Source of the DNA: Minutocellus sp. GHC0000111
Lineage: Eukaryota
DNA length: 64,000 bases
NCBI GenBank assembly: GCA_977018835.1
Contig: OZ361256.1
Coordinates: 5,518,001-5,582,000 of the forward strand
Direction: 5' to 3'
The notes under the pieces: model-generated
Databases searched by the model: none
Seen by the model: only the letters and a program-made list of their open reading frames with translations
Told to the model about the DNA's origin: nothing
Part shown: positions 34,766 through 47,300 of the stretch, one piece after another
Layout of the letters: the number at the start of each line of letters is the position of its first letter
Position numbering within the stretch: position 1 is the stretch's first letter
Translations under genes and position numbers: made by a program

Positions 34766-37265
34766 TTATCCCACACCAGCAGTTCTGGCCGTGGCAGAAA
34801 CACCAGAGAGCTGGACACATTCATTGGAATCGCAGCACGCTGTACAGCAATCGCACTCAACGGGGGCATTGGAGCCCTCGCAGTCGGCCGACAATCTCAT
34901 GACATTGTAATCACACAAATCCGTAGCAACTTCTCCTGTGAGCTCGTTGAACTCCAAAGTCAGTTGATTTAGCTGTGACAACTCGCCAAGCTCGGCGGGG
35001 ATGGGACCTGAAAGTCGGTTGGTAGCAAGAAGGAGCTCGCGCATTTCTTCGAAGTCACCCATCCATTCCGGTATGCTGCCCACCAGGACGTTGTTGTTCA
35101 GACGAAGCTTCTTGAGGCCGGTACACTCTTCGAGGCCTTCGGGAATACTTCCCTCGAACTCGTTCTTACTTAGATCAAGCTTTTCCAGTGATCCACTTTC
35201 ACCCAGTGAGTCAGGAATGTTGCCTCTCATCCTGTTGGTATTGAGGTCGAGCACGGAAAGCTCCTCCAAATCACCAATATCATTCGGGATAGTACCAGTC
35301 AATCGATTTCGGAACGCTTGAAAGTCAATGAGAGATGGAAGTTCCTCGATCACTGTGATTGGACCTGTTAGCTCATTGCTATCAAGGTAGAGAATTTTGA
35401 GATCTTCGAGGTTGGATAGCGCGTTGGGGATTGAGCAAACGAGATTATTATCAAACAGACGCAAATCATATAGCGCGGTTGCCCGACCCAATTCCGAGGG
35501 AATACTTCCGCCAATAGAATTGCTGTCTAAAAAGAGCTCCCCCAGATTGTTCATGTTGCCGATTTGCGTTGGGATCGAACCTTGCAGGAGATTTGAGTAC
35601 GCTGAGAAGCGTTCAAGATTCCTCATCTGGCCGAGCTCGGTGGGAATCGAGCTGGAAAAGCGATTGGAGTATATGTCCATCTGGATCAGGCTCGACATTT
35701 GGCCAATTTCTGAAGGCAGGGGGCCTCCCATGCGATTGTTGTCGATCCAAAGGTATTCCAATTCCGTCAGCTCACCAATCTGAGGTGGCAGACGGCTGGA
35801 CACCTTGTTGGAATACAGCGACATCTTGAGTAGGACAAGGAATACGCCAATCTCCTGAGTCAGTCCACCGTCGAGGTTGTTGTCTTCGAGGTTCATTTCA
35901 GTCACCATGGCCTCAGTAACAGTGACGGTGGCTTGGCTGTTGGCTGATTCAACAATCTGACGGTTCTCGCACTCGAGTCCATACCACGTGCACTCGTGCT
36001 CTCGGCCAGTAAGCCAGCCTGTATCGCGGAGCCAGGACTCTCCGTTGGTCGCATAGTACAGTACGGCGAGCGCATACCTCTGGGCGATGCGCTCGACTGG
36101 ATCCTCGTCGGCCTTGAGCTGCAAATCATCCTCGAATGCGATCCAGTTCAGTGCTTTTTCCTGAGGAGTGTCGCGTGTTGTGCTTTGGGTAGTGAATGGC
36201 GTCCTCGCCATGTCGGTGGGGTTCGAAACCTGCTCTGTGGTGACAAGAGCATTGTAAAAATCTTGGTATCGTCGCCTCTGTTCATCGGTCAAGCCCGAGA
36301 ACTGACTAGGGGGGCGAGTCGGACGACTTGGGTTATTTATATACCAGGAAGGGGTGGGCCTGCTTGTTGGGGCTGGCAAGTTTGAAGGAAGGGGGATGGA
36401 GAGAAGTTGCAAACAAAAAGAAAAACATTTGAGAAGGATTGTACAGAGCGACAGAGAAAATTAAAATATCGATTGTAGCACAAAAGCAACATTTCCTACC
36501 GACAAGCCATCACTAGCGAAATCCAAATATTGCTGTGACCAACGTGTTGCCAGATTCAACAAAAAGAGACTTACGTGTCGGAGCACGGGTGGGAGCATTC
36601 TGAACTCCAGCATTACCATTGTTCTTCTTCCAGGGCTGGACGATGCCAATGGCCATCAGACAAAGGGCGATGCCAATCAGAACGACACAGATGACGATCC
36701 GTCCCGTCATGGTCTTGTAGAAAGGGGGATCGTCGTATTCCTCGTGTCGATCCACGGGAGGCGGGAGGAGCGACCCATCGTACTGATTCCCCTCCTCTTC
36801 CTCGCCATATACTCGAACGCCGTCCTCCTCGTACTGACCAAATTGCATCGGTGCTGCTCCTGTGAGAGCGCTCGCACGATCATAATCACGACGAAAGTCA
36901 TGCGGACTGTCGGGATCCTCGTCGTCACCACCGTCACCGCCGTCTTCATGTTCCATCACGGCCCCACGATATTCTGACCCGTCCTCGTTGGGGTCGTACT
37001 GCGAGGGATGCTGATCCATTCCACGATGATGATTGTGCTCCTCGTCGCCCTCGTCTCCCCAAGCTTCCTGGGCCGCTTCTACCGATGCCACCGCACCGGC
37101 CATGCCACCCTCCACCTCGGAATCGAACATGTTGTCGCGATATCTTCCACCTCCCTCGTTGCCGTCTTGATCGACGCCCTGAGGCTCATCGTGGCTGCCC
37201 GTCGACATGTATTCGTAGGCAGAATCACGGTTTCTAGATTGGCCGTGCGTTGAGCGCCTCATCAT
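34766..37265 (-). CDS. Type II membrane leucine-rich-repeat protein, diatom-type (exons 37265-36575, 36372-34766)
   Basis: Acidic N-terminus, one TM helix and a P/T-rich linker, then the cap PQEKALNWI...QRYALAVLYYATNG..W..HECTWYG. Many 24-aa plant-type LRRs (LxGxIPxxLGxL) and a C-terminal ADC...CDCCTAC. Confidence 0.9.
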
Positions 37266-37681
37266 GTCTGTTTTCCGAGCCTCACTGCAAACAATGGAAT
37301 AATACTATCAGCACGCTCTGACCACCTCTTTGTTATGATACAATCTGCTGATGGAAAAGGGGGCAAGCAAAGAAAGCGACAGTAGTGAGCCTTTGAAGTA
37401 ATGACTTCCAGGGAGGCCAGACAACAGAAGTCACAGACCCGCCACCACAGAATAAAAATCCATCGAATCCAGCCCATCTTTTGACACGAAAGCTGATCAA
37501 AACCACAAGAAGGTAACACACTTACTCTATTATTGCACAAAGAGGATACGTTGCGACGTCTCCGGGGATGTCGAGCAGCAATAAGCCGGTATTGACTGCC
37601 TCTGCTACGTCGTGGTTCTTTCCCGGTCTTCGAGGAAGATGGGATGTGAGAGTGGCAGGTGCACGGTATCGGAAATTTTGA

Positions 37682-37723
37682 GGATTTTCTGGCCGGCAGG
37701 CTGGATTTTCTGGCCGGCAGGCT
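37682..37723. repeat. Two-copy 21-bp tandem repeat
   Basis: ggattttctggccggcaggct x2. Confidence 0.9.
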
Positions 37724-38017
37724 CGCAAACAGACAAGATGTAAGATTGATCTGTCCGTCGTCAGTACAGATGCCAACTTTGCTCGAGGAGCGAGAGCAGT
37801 GACTTTTTCACCGACCACAGACCACATTGACATGAATTGCAATGTAGATCTACCGTTTATATTCATATATGAAATGTAGCTACATGTAGTGGATCTCTAG
37901 ATCAAGAGGGAATGCGATTGGGCCATTTGACCTCTCCCATTGGAATATTTTATATATAACGATTCCTATTACGGTACATGTACCACCAAATTCTAGATCC
38001 AAAATTGAAACAAATTT

Positions 38018-39862
38018 TTACTTTACACCAAAGATTTGCTCCGCCTGCGTCTTGTACAATTGCTTGATGTACTCGTACAGCTCCAAGTCATACTTGTTTT
38101 GCCGTGCGATGAGATCCCATTCCTTGCTCTTTGGCTCAACGGTGGGATGATTATGTCGGTCATCTCCCGCCTCAACAAAGGCTGCTCGGCACTTGTTCGC
38201 TTGCTCGGTCGTCTCTTCCCTCGCTTGGAACCCACCAGCCTTTTCACGGGCATGATTCGTCCAACCAAAGTATCGATCGAATCTGGATAGACTCGTTTCC
38301 ATGTCCGTATACAGCCCCACTAGAATCTTGTTTCGGACAATCTTCTTGGCCAGGACCATGTGCTCCGGTCCCAGTGCGCCCGACTTCTTCCCCACGAGAA
38401 ATCTCGTCAACCAATTGTTCTCAACCGACGACGACTTGGCATATTCCTGCAAACTCATCTCCTTGAGCTTGGGATTGTACATGGTGTCCCACGTTGCCGT
38501 CGATAGGTAATAGTACATGGAAACGGCCCGATCAACCGGATGTCGAAAGATGGCAAACATCCGTCCCTTGTTCCGGTCGGTAAATACCTTGGCCGCTTGG
38601 GGTAGATCGGGAGAGATGATGACATCGGCCAAACGAGACCCGACAAGGTCCAGCCTTGCGGCACGATCAATGCCGGCTTCCATGGATAGGTCGACGTTGA
38701 CAAACTTATCTCCATCCAGATCAAATACCGCCAACTCGTCTTCGGTAAAGTCTGGATGTTGTAATCCATGCTCAGCGGCCTGAGCCAGGCCATGGCACTT
38801 GGAAAATACGCGCTCGGCAATGGTCTCACCTGCAAAGTGTACATCCCAAAAGTATGGTGTTTCAGTTCCCGCATCGTACGGGACATTTAGATCAGATAGG
38901 TTGCCCAGAGCGTTGGGGATGGGAAGCTTGGCCTTGTCCTTCTTCTTGTCCTTCTTCTTCTTGTCACTCAAATCGCTTCCCGATATATCATTGCTGTCGT
39001 CCTTGCTGTTGCCACCTTCCTTGGCAGCGGCGGTGGAGGAAATTATATCAGCCATTGATCCCTTGGTTGTTGATGCAGTTTTCGTTTTGACATCGTCGGT
39101 TTTCGTTCCATCCTTTATGCCATCAAAGTTGGCAAAATCCTTTCCCAATCCATTGCCGCTGCTACTTCGAATGCTGGACTTCTTCATTGCAGCAGTGGTA
39201 CTACTACTGGCCGCAATGCCCTCATCGTCACCTCCGCTCTTATTACCCGAAAACACAAAGGAGAGGAAAATCAACACCGCCACACCCTTGCACAATCGCG
39301 GCAGCAGCACCCTGCGGATCATCCGGGCATTGTATCCCCACCGGGCCAAACATGCGCGAAGATCAAACCCAACATAAGTGTACAAGAACGACTATGTCCA
39401 ATCCAGCGGGACCGCCCATGGACCCAGCGTAGTGGAGAAGGTGGAATCGGTCGAGTAGACGGAGTAGCCCTCGTCGTCGTACCCCGAATAGTACGACGTG
39501 CCGTCGTCCGGTCCTCCGCCGTTGTCCAGGAATTGATCGCCGTCGCGGTTTAGAGACATTTTGCCCGGCCGGTCCCATCCCATGTTGCGATTGGGGAGGG
39601 TCTGCGCGTTGGCATGCGCGGCGGCGGCGGCCTGGCCGCCGTTCATCTCCTTGAGCGTTTCCGACAGCGATTTGATGGGCGATAGGGATTGGGCATCCTC
39701 CTCCCCTCCCGAGGAATGTCCGGACGCGTTGCTGGTATTGCCCCTCCGTTGTCGCGTGGTGTTGTTGGACGGGCGCTGATCCCGCCGGATCATCGACGGA
39801 GGCAGATTCGTGTTTGGTTTGCTCATGGTTGTTATTGTTGTGGCCGTGGTTGTTTGGCTCAT
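38018..39862 (-). CDS. Golgi-type sulfotransferase-like protein, interrupted by one in-frame TAG at 39394-39392
   Basis: ORFs 39392-39862 and 38018-39385 are in the same frame (WT*SFLY). Signal anchor, FRHPVDRAVSMYYY (3'-phosphate binding motif), ENNWLTRFL and NKYDLELY. Confidence 0.7.
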
Positions 39863-40170
39863 CCTTGCTTGCCCAGTTCAGTCTTCCTTCTCCTTCACTA
39901 TTGCGCCATTGATTTGTAGGAATCGAACATTTATGGTCATTCGATTGCGCGGGAGAGGTCTTTCTTCACTCCCTGCGGCGGCGGCACGTACGTGGTGTGC
40001 GTACGTACGTACAGTCATTTGTGCCGCTTGACTTGAAGCGACGGAAAGACGAAGTCAATCGAAGAGTGGTACTCTTCGACCATCTTCCATCTTCCATTTT
40101 TGGCCGGGCCTTCCGCCGCTTGCGTATCTCGCCGTCGCTTTGCGCCCCACCCAACAAACTGCCACCAAAC

Positions 40171-42190
40171 ATGTCGCACCCGATCGTCGTCAAGTGGGGC
40201 AAGGAGACCGTGGAGGTCAACCTCGTCCCGTGGGGGGGGGGGTCAAGGGCCTCAAGGCCGAGCTGGAGGAGAAGACCGGCGTCCCCCAGGATCGACAAAA
40301 AATCATGCCCAAGTCCAAAGGTGAGGCGAGGTCTCGTCTTGGCTTGTCTGTGGTCATGATGTGTCTGCATGTCATGCGTGCCATGCGTGTGTTTCGAGGA
40401 CAATCTTTGCGATGTTATTATTATCCGAATTAGTATCCGTCTTCGGACCTCGTTTGCATTCGGTTTGTCTGTGCAAGAGAGAAGCTGGCACATAACGCTT
40501 ATATATTTGCAACGGTATCTTTTTTCGTGCGCCATTCATTGCTCATACAATATGCATGCCCATCCTTCTCCTCTTGGATGAACCAGGCCTGTGGAAGGGA
40601 CTGCTGAAGGATGACTTCGACCTCACCTCGATCGACTACTCCAAGGTCAAGGCCCCCATCCAAATCCTCCTCATGGGATCGGCCGCCAAGCTGACCGGTC
40701 CCAAGGTCAAGACCGTCTTCCTCGAGGATCTGCCCCCCGAGGAGGCCGCCAAGGTGGCGCCGGAACCGTCCGGATTGGTCAACCTCGGCAACACGTGCTA
40801 CCTCAACAGCGTCGTCCAGTGCCTCCGCGCGGCCGACCCGCTGCGCAAATCCCTTGTGAGCTACGCCGGCCCCTCCTCGAACGGCGGTGCCGCCGGTGCC
40901 GGCCTGGCCGACCAAAGCAACGCGGTGTTCGTTACGACCCTCCGCGATCTGTACCGCAGCCTCGACCGGACCACTGAGGCCGTCCAGCCCACCCAGGTCG
41001 TCATGTCGACCAAGATGTCCTTCCCGGAATTCGCCCGGACCGGACCGCAGGGACAGCCCATGCAGCAGGATGCCGAGGAGTTCTATTCGGGTTTGCTCAA
41101 CATTGCCGCCCAGGAGCTGCGCGGGTCGGGGGCCATTGCGTTTCGGATTCAACGGCAAGACCGTGGGCGACAAGGAATTGATGGGGGCCAACAACCTCAT
41201 CGATGCCGCGTTTGGGATGAAGCTGGAGGAGACTTTGACGTGCGACGAGACTGCTGTGATGGCCGCTGGTGCTGCTGGTGACGATGCCATGGACGTCGAT
41301 GCTGCCGCCGCCACGGCGGGAGTGGTGGAACCCCCCGTCAAGATGTACGATACCGCCCGGAAGCTCGTGTGCAACATCCAGGGCGGGGCCGACGCCTCCT
41401 CCCAGGTCAATGTCAACCACATCGCCGAGGGCATCGAGCTGTCCCTCAACGGCAAGGTGGAGAAGCGATCGGACGTATTGGGCGGCGATGCCGTATGGAG
41501 CAAGAAGACTCGCATTGCTCGCCTCCCGCCCATCCTGGCGGTGCAGTTCGGACGGTTCTACTGGAAGGAGACGCCGGATTCGCAGGACCACGCCGGCGTC
41601 AAGTGCAAGGTGATGAAGCCGTGGCCTTTTCGGGTACCCTGGACGTGTACGACTTTTGCACCGAGGAGGTGCAGAAGGTCCTCAAGAAGGCGCGGGACAA
41701 GGCCTTGGCCGAGGAGGAGGATCGGATCAACCGCAAGCTTCGGGGGGAGGATGCCAAGAAGGAGACTGGAGATGGCGAGGCCATGGAGATCGATGATAAG
41801 GCCGAGGAGGCAGCCGCCGCCGGTGGTGGTGGTGATGATGAAGAGGATGAGGCCCTCAAGGCCGCCCTGGCCATGAGTGTGGAGGAGGAGCTTGCCCCCG
41901 TCGGACCGGGGCTTCCGGAAAACTTCCAGGGCCAGTACGAGCTGTTCGCCGTCGTTACGCACAAGGGACGCGATGCTGACGGTGGGCATTACATGGCCTG
42001 GGTACGTGCCGACAAGCCCGAGGGCTCCCCGGAGGTGGAGAAGATTGCCGATTCCGACGAAACCAACGACGACTGGTACGTCTTTGACGACGATGAGGTC
42101 AGCCCGTGCAAGACGGAGGACGTCCTCAAGCTCAAGGGTGGCGGCGACTGGCACATGAGTTATCTCAACTTTTACAGATGCAAGAAGTAG
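40171..42190 (+). CDS. USP14: Ubiquitin C-terminal hydrolase USP14/UBP6 (intron 40321-40586; three apparent frameshifts)
   Basis: UBL domain VKWGKE...TGVPQDRQKIM, Cys box GLVNLGNTCYLNS, QQDAEE, His box HKGRDADGGHY and LKGGGDWHM. The frame changes at the G11 run 40232-40242, at ~41140 and at ~41619. Confidence 0.9.
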
Positions 42191-42659
42191 AGCGAGTCGC
42201 GCATCAGATCGATCGGCTCGTTCACATTGTTCGGTCGAATGGATTTTTATTTTTTATTATTATTGGAATGAACGCGTCCAACCAAGGAGGGCGCCTCTCT
42301 AAGGCCTACCGACCGTGCATGTAGAGTCTACATAGATTTAGATCTACCGTAGTTACTGGTAGCTACGTACGGTAGATCTACATGTAGCTAGCTCTAGCTA
42401 CAGTCTCTAGTTAATATTGCAATATGATGGCACAAATCAAATCGATTATTCGAGTCGAGTCGACGGTTCGCAGATCCAAGGGTTCGCAGGGCGTAATTGA
42501 TGATGCGGGATTGATGAGGATGAAAAATCGGAAGCACCAGCCACGCCCCACAGTCACGCCCCACATAACGAGTACATGGGGTCCCCACCCTGACTTTGCT
42601 GCACCATACAAATGTAAACGCGCCTTCTTACATTATTATCGAAGGGCTGACGTCTCGAA

Positions 42660-44191
42660 ATGGTCAGTATCAGTCCAAAGGCCAAACAGCGCCACCTCAA
42701 GTGGCAACGATATGGCGAAGAGGCCGCAAAGTGTGATGCGAACCTCTTGCTTCTATCTTCACTCGCTTGCAACATCATCCTCTCTTTCGTTGTCTTCTTC
42801 GGACTCAGCGGAGCTGCATTGCCATTCCTGGCCACGTTCAGTGAGGGAAGGAGGAGATACATATCATTGGCTTCGTTTGACACACCATTGGCTTCGCTGT
42901 TCTCTCCGTCCCCACTGCCACCGCCGAAAGATTCGTTTTCTGCTGGCGGTATAATAACCGGCAGTATTGACGGGAAACGACGCGTCTTCATCACCTTCAG
43001 CACTAGCTGTAACCCGCAACAGGATTGGCAGTCACAGGCTGTGCTTTACACGCATAGACTTCACAATGTTGACACAGAGCTGGTTAGGTTGATGTCATGT
43101 AGCGATTCTAATTATGAGCTCCCTCAGCACAGCTATGAACGTTATCGCGTTGTGCGGACACCGGATTATGTTTTACCTCCCGACAGATATTCGCCACGGA
43201 ACCGCCCTCTTAGTATGATGTACTGGCTGACTATCCAAACCGAAGACAAAGATCTTCCGATGGGTGACGATGGTAAGTTTTGTCACTCCGCCCGCTTCAG
43301 GCAAATATTTTGTCTTTTTCTCTTCGCATACAAGATAGTGTGTAGATACATATGTCCCCAGTGTACCGGTAGTAATATATTTCTTTATTCATCTTCTGTC
43401 CCTTCGCACCAGTAATAATACAAATGGACGCAGATCAGGTATTTCTAAACGATAGAGTAGACGTGTCAACGGTAATGGATGGCAAGGGCCTTGCTGCGAA
43501 GTGTGCTTTAGGCGAAGCATGGGTCAAAGAATGGGTGGAAGAATTCTGCAGCGACGAATGGTGTCGCGACCTAGAGACGGAAAATTCTGATGTGTCGGGC
43601 GGTGCGCCTTATATATTCACAGCCCGCGATACTCGCCGGCACGCAGAAGTTTGGTCTCATATCATTGATCAGATGCGCAAGGGCACAAAACATTGGATGA
43701 TAGGGCAGGAGACGGATATGTTTGCTGCCATAATCGCTGCTGTAAAAATTGGAATCGAAATTAGAGATGAGGCGGCGATGGTTTCTCAGCCAACCCATGA
43801 TGGAGAGCCATGGCACTTACTGGGTTGGAAGTCGCCCATTGCATCTACGGAAGAATATTCAGGAATATTTCTTGCGCATTATTGTCAGCGATACAGAATG
43901 GAGGGAGACATTTCCTGGTATAAATACGACTTTCCCAACGTTGATATTCGAAAGTGCGACGAAGAATCTACCATTTCTCATTTTCTTGATAAAGTTGAAC
44001 CTACTCTCATTGAAGAAAAGAAGAAGATGTTCCTCGGTGTCCCCGATGGCTATGTACTTTTGACTGAAGACTTGCACATGGCTCGAAGCTTATGGATGTA
44101 TGAAAATGTGGCCCGTCCTGTTCATGCTTCGGTAGAGTCGTACTACAAAGAGTTTTGTAGCAAGGATCGTAGACTTCGTCGCAGAAGATGA
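42660..44191 (+). CDS. Hydroxyproline O-arabinosyltransferase / peptidyl-serine alpha-galactosyltransferase-like glycosyltransferase (exons 42660-43272, 43413-44191)
   Basis: Type II TM anchor. FSTSCNPQQDWQS, RLMSC, YSPRNRP..MYWL, DxD (VIIQMDADQVF after splicing), GGAPYI, DMFA and HYCQRY match the HPAT/SGT1 pattern. Confidence 0.8.
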
Positions 44192-44380
44192 ATGGTATAA
44201 AGTATACGAATTTTGTAACATATATATCTCTTGCGTTATTCTTATCTTGCAGTTTTTTGCTGTCTTTTGCTACAAAAATTGACGAGTATTATACAAATAT
44301 TTGCGAGCGGGGTGCGATGGGTAAAGTTGATGTTATCATCAAATGCCATTTTTCAAGGGAAAGTTGCCTGGGATCATGCA

Positions 44381-47300
44381 TTAGGGGCTCAGAGGCTCGG
44401 TGGACTTCACAGTTGCATAGTTGCTGGGACGGTAATCCTCGACGACGACATTCGGATGGGAATCAATTCCAACTCGTCCATTAGGCGATGGGACTACTTC
44501 GATCTCATGCGGTGAGTCCAAAACATCAAGGGCCGGCACAGGCGCCTCTGATTGCTCTTGGCTGCTGCCACGGTGCACAGTGTAAGATACGAGTGAGAAG
44601 GGAGTCGATGGATTTCCCTTCGCTAGGGCCTTGACAATCTGTTGGCGGTTAGGAGAAACTTTGTCCATGGTCATTGAAATGGGAGGTGGTGGGAGCTCAA
44701 TTGTCGGCGTAAACGATGAGGGCATGGTCATGGAATTGTCTGTTACAGGACCCTCGTGGTACGAATAGTTGTCGTCGTCGCCACAAAATTGAGAGGTAGG
44801 GCTGCACGCGACGAGGGCTCTGGTAAAGCCACTAGTGCCGCTACAGGGAGATCCGTCATCAAGAAGCTTGCGGGAAGGAGCTTCATTAGCGCATCCTTCG
44901 AGGCAAGGGTCATCACTTTCAATACTCTTAGCGCTTGTCTCTTTTTCATCAAAGCTCCGGCCTGTTGGTGGATCCGCATTGTCTGGCGGCGAAAGCAGAT
45001 CATTTTGGGAGATGTCCTTTTCATCGTCATTATTCATCGGACTGAGCATTGGCTCGATGCCCTGCCACTGGCCCTTTGTCCTTGGAGATTGGGAATGGCT
45101 CTTGGCGATGACCTCAGCGAACGATATGGTCTTGCTGTCATCATCATCGTCAGTTGGCATGACGATGGACTTTCTTTCCACTCTTTCGTTGGCCTTTTCG
45201 ATGACAGATCTGTTGTAGCTAGATCGAACCATAGCACGCTCGAGCGTCTTGGCATCTCGGATCAAGCTGATGGGCTCTGGCTCGATAGCTGGTACCTTTT
45301 TCATGAGTTCGTCATGCGAATCAACACTGTCCGAGCAACCTAGATCGCCCTTCAGGAGGACAGAATCGGGTGCCTCCTCAGAAAATTCTGAAAGGCCATC
45401 CTTGTCGTTACAGTGATCGCGCATTTGCTTACGATTGTAAAGGAAGAGTGCCGTGCCGAAGACGACAAATGATAGGGCAGTCATGGCTGCGATCACATAA
45501 GACCTGATGCCATTGCCATCATCGCTATTTGATGTGGCAGGGCCAGGCTGAATTCTTTCAGAGGCAAATGGATTGAATTCCGAGTCACCTTCGTATACGA
45601 TAATATTAGTGGTAGATTGGAGGCCAGGGTCCTCAGAGTTCCGGAGAGCGTCGAGGTATGCAGCCTTGGATTCCTCTCCAGCAAACGCCACCGAGCGAAG
45701 ATTATCAAGGATCTGAGTATCGGGCAAGGGCTCTTCGTCAAAGTTGCCATTGCCACTAATAATAATTTCCTGATCAACAGTCTGCAGCACACGTGATCGG
45801 AGACTACGCTGGCGGCGATTGACCTGTTCGGCAGATAGTGCAACATTGTTGTAATGAGGATAACCCATCTTTAAAAGTTCGTCTTCGAAGTAGGCATGAA
45901 GGAAGTCTCCTGTCACCTGCGACAGCACTTTACGATCAACAGGCTCCTCGCTGGTAATCTCGACACCAAAAGGAGTCAATGGAACGGGGAGATACTCATC
46001 AGATGAGGAAGAACTATCGCTTGCTGGATCGTCAAGGGGGTCTAATTGGTATCGATGGTCATAAACATGGAAGAGAGCAGGTGAGTAAAAAATGCAAGAA
46101 ATAAGCATTAAAAAAACGGAAGCGAAAACGACTTGGGACGATAAGCCTGAACACACTTACCAGCAATACCGCTGCCATCATCCGAAAGATCAACGTCCTT
46201 GCCGTCATCAGTAGTAGTTCCAGCGTCGGTATTATCAGAAGCATCACCACCGGTTTCGTCAGACACACCATTGGAATCCTCGGTGTCAAAGTCTCCTTTA
46301 TCCGTATCATTGGTGGTGTTGCTAGAGTCGCCAGTTTTAGTGCCGGCAGACTCTTCTGATCCGGTGCCATCGGCTGTGCCATCCATGGTACCATCGGTGG
46401 TGCTTCCATCAGCTCCTTCAGTGGCATCGCCGGTTTCAGTGCCGGCAGACTCTTCTGATCCGGTGCCATCGGTAGTACCGGCTGATTCTTCTGATCCGGA
46501 GACACCGGCGCCATCGGTGGTGCTTCCATCAGCTCCTTCAGTGGCATCGCCAGTTTTAGTGCCGGCAGACTCTTCTGATCCGGCGCCATCGGTGGCGCTT
46601 CCATCAGCTCCTTCCGTAGCATTACCGGCTTCAGTGCCGGCAGACTTTTCTGATCCGGTGCCATCGGTGGTGCTTCCATCAGCTCCTTCCGTAGCATCGC
46701 CAGTGTCAGTGCCGGCACCCTCTTCGGTGGCACCATTTGTAGAGCTGTCATCAGTGCCTTCAGGTGCATCAGTCGTATCGCCAGTCTCAGTACCCGAGGT
46801 TTCGTCTTCAGTGCCCCCGGTGATCATGTCTCCAGCACCATCCGTTTCACCCTTGGGCTCAGATGTTTCAATTCCGGATGAATCACCAGTGATTACAGCT
46901 TCAGCATCGTCGGCATCATCGCGCTCACAGCAAGGGGCTCCTCCCTGGGAAGGGTATGCGGCGTCATTGGCCCAGCACGAATACTGACAATGCTCGGTAT
47001 TATTATCCCTGCCCCACCATCCGAACTCGGTGCCACATCGACGCTCGAAGGCGTACTCGTATGTGGCACATGTCTTGTTGGTGAGGAGCATATAGGCGGT
47101 AGGAATGTTGGTGCACTGAACACATTTTGTTGTGACGGAAGTCTCTACGATGGCATCGTCATCGACCACTAAGGAATCTCCATTGAGACTGTCGGTCGTT
47201 ACTCCTCCATCAGTTCCAATGGAGTCGGGCGAAATGTCATCAGAGTCATCACGGGCACAGCACGAGGCTCCTCCCTGGGAGGCGTAGGGGGAACTGTTGG

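Noticed and set aside
39392..39394. TAG reassignment (alternative genetic code) suggested by in-frame TAGs at 39392 and 53000
   Set aside because: TAG is the genuine terminator of USP14 (42188-42190) and of the 62363 gene.
40232..40242. Programmed ribosomal frameshifting in USP14 at the G11 run
   Set aside because: Three independent shifts in one housekeeping gene, plus others nearby, are better explained by consensus indel errors.
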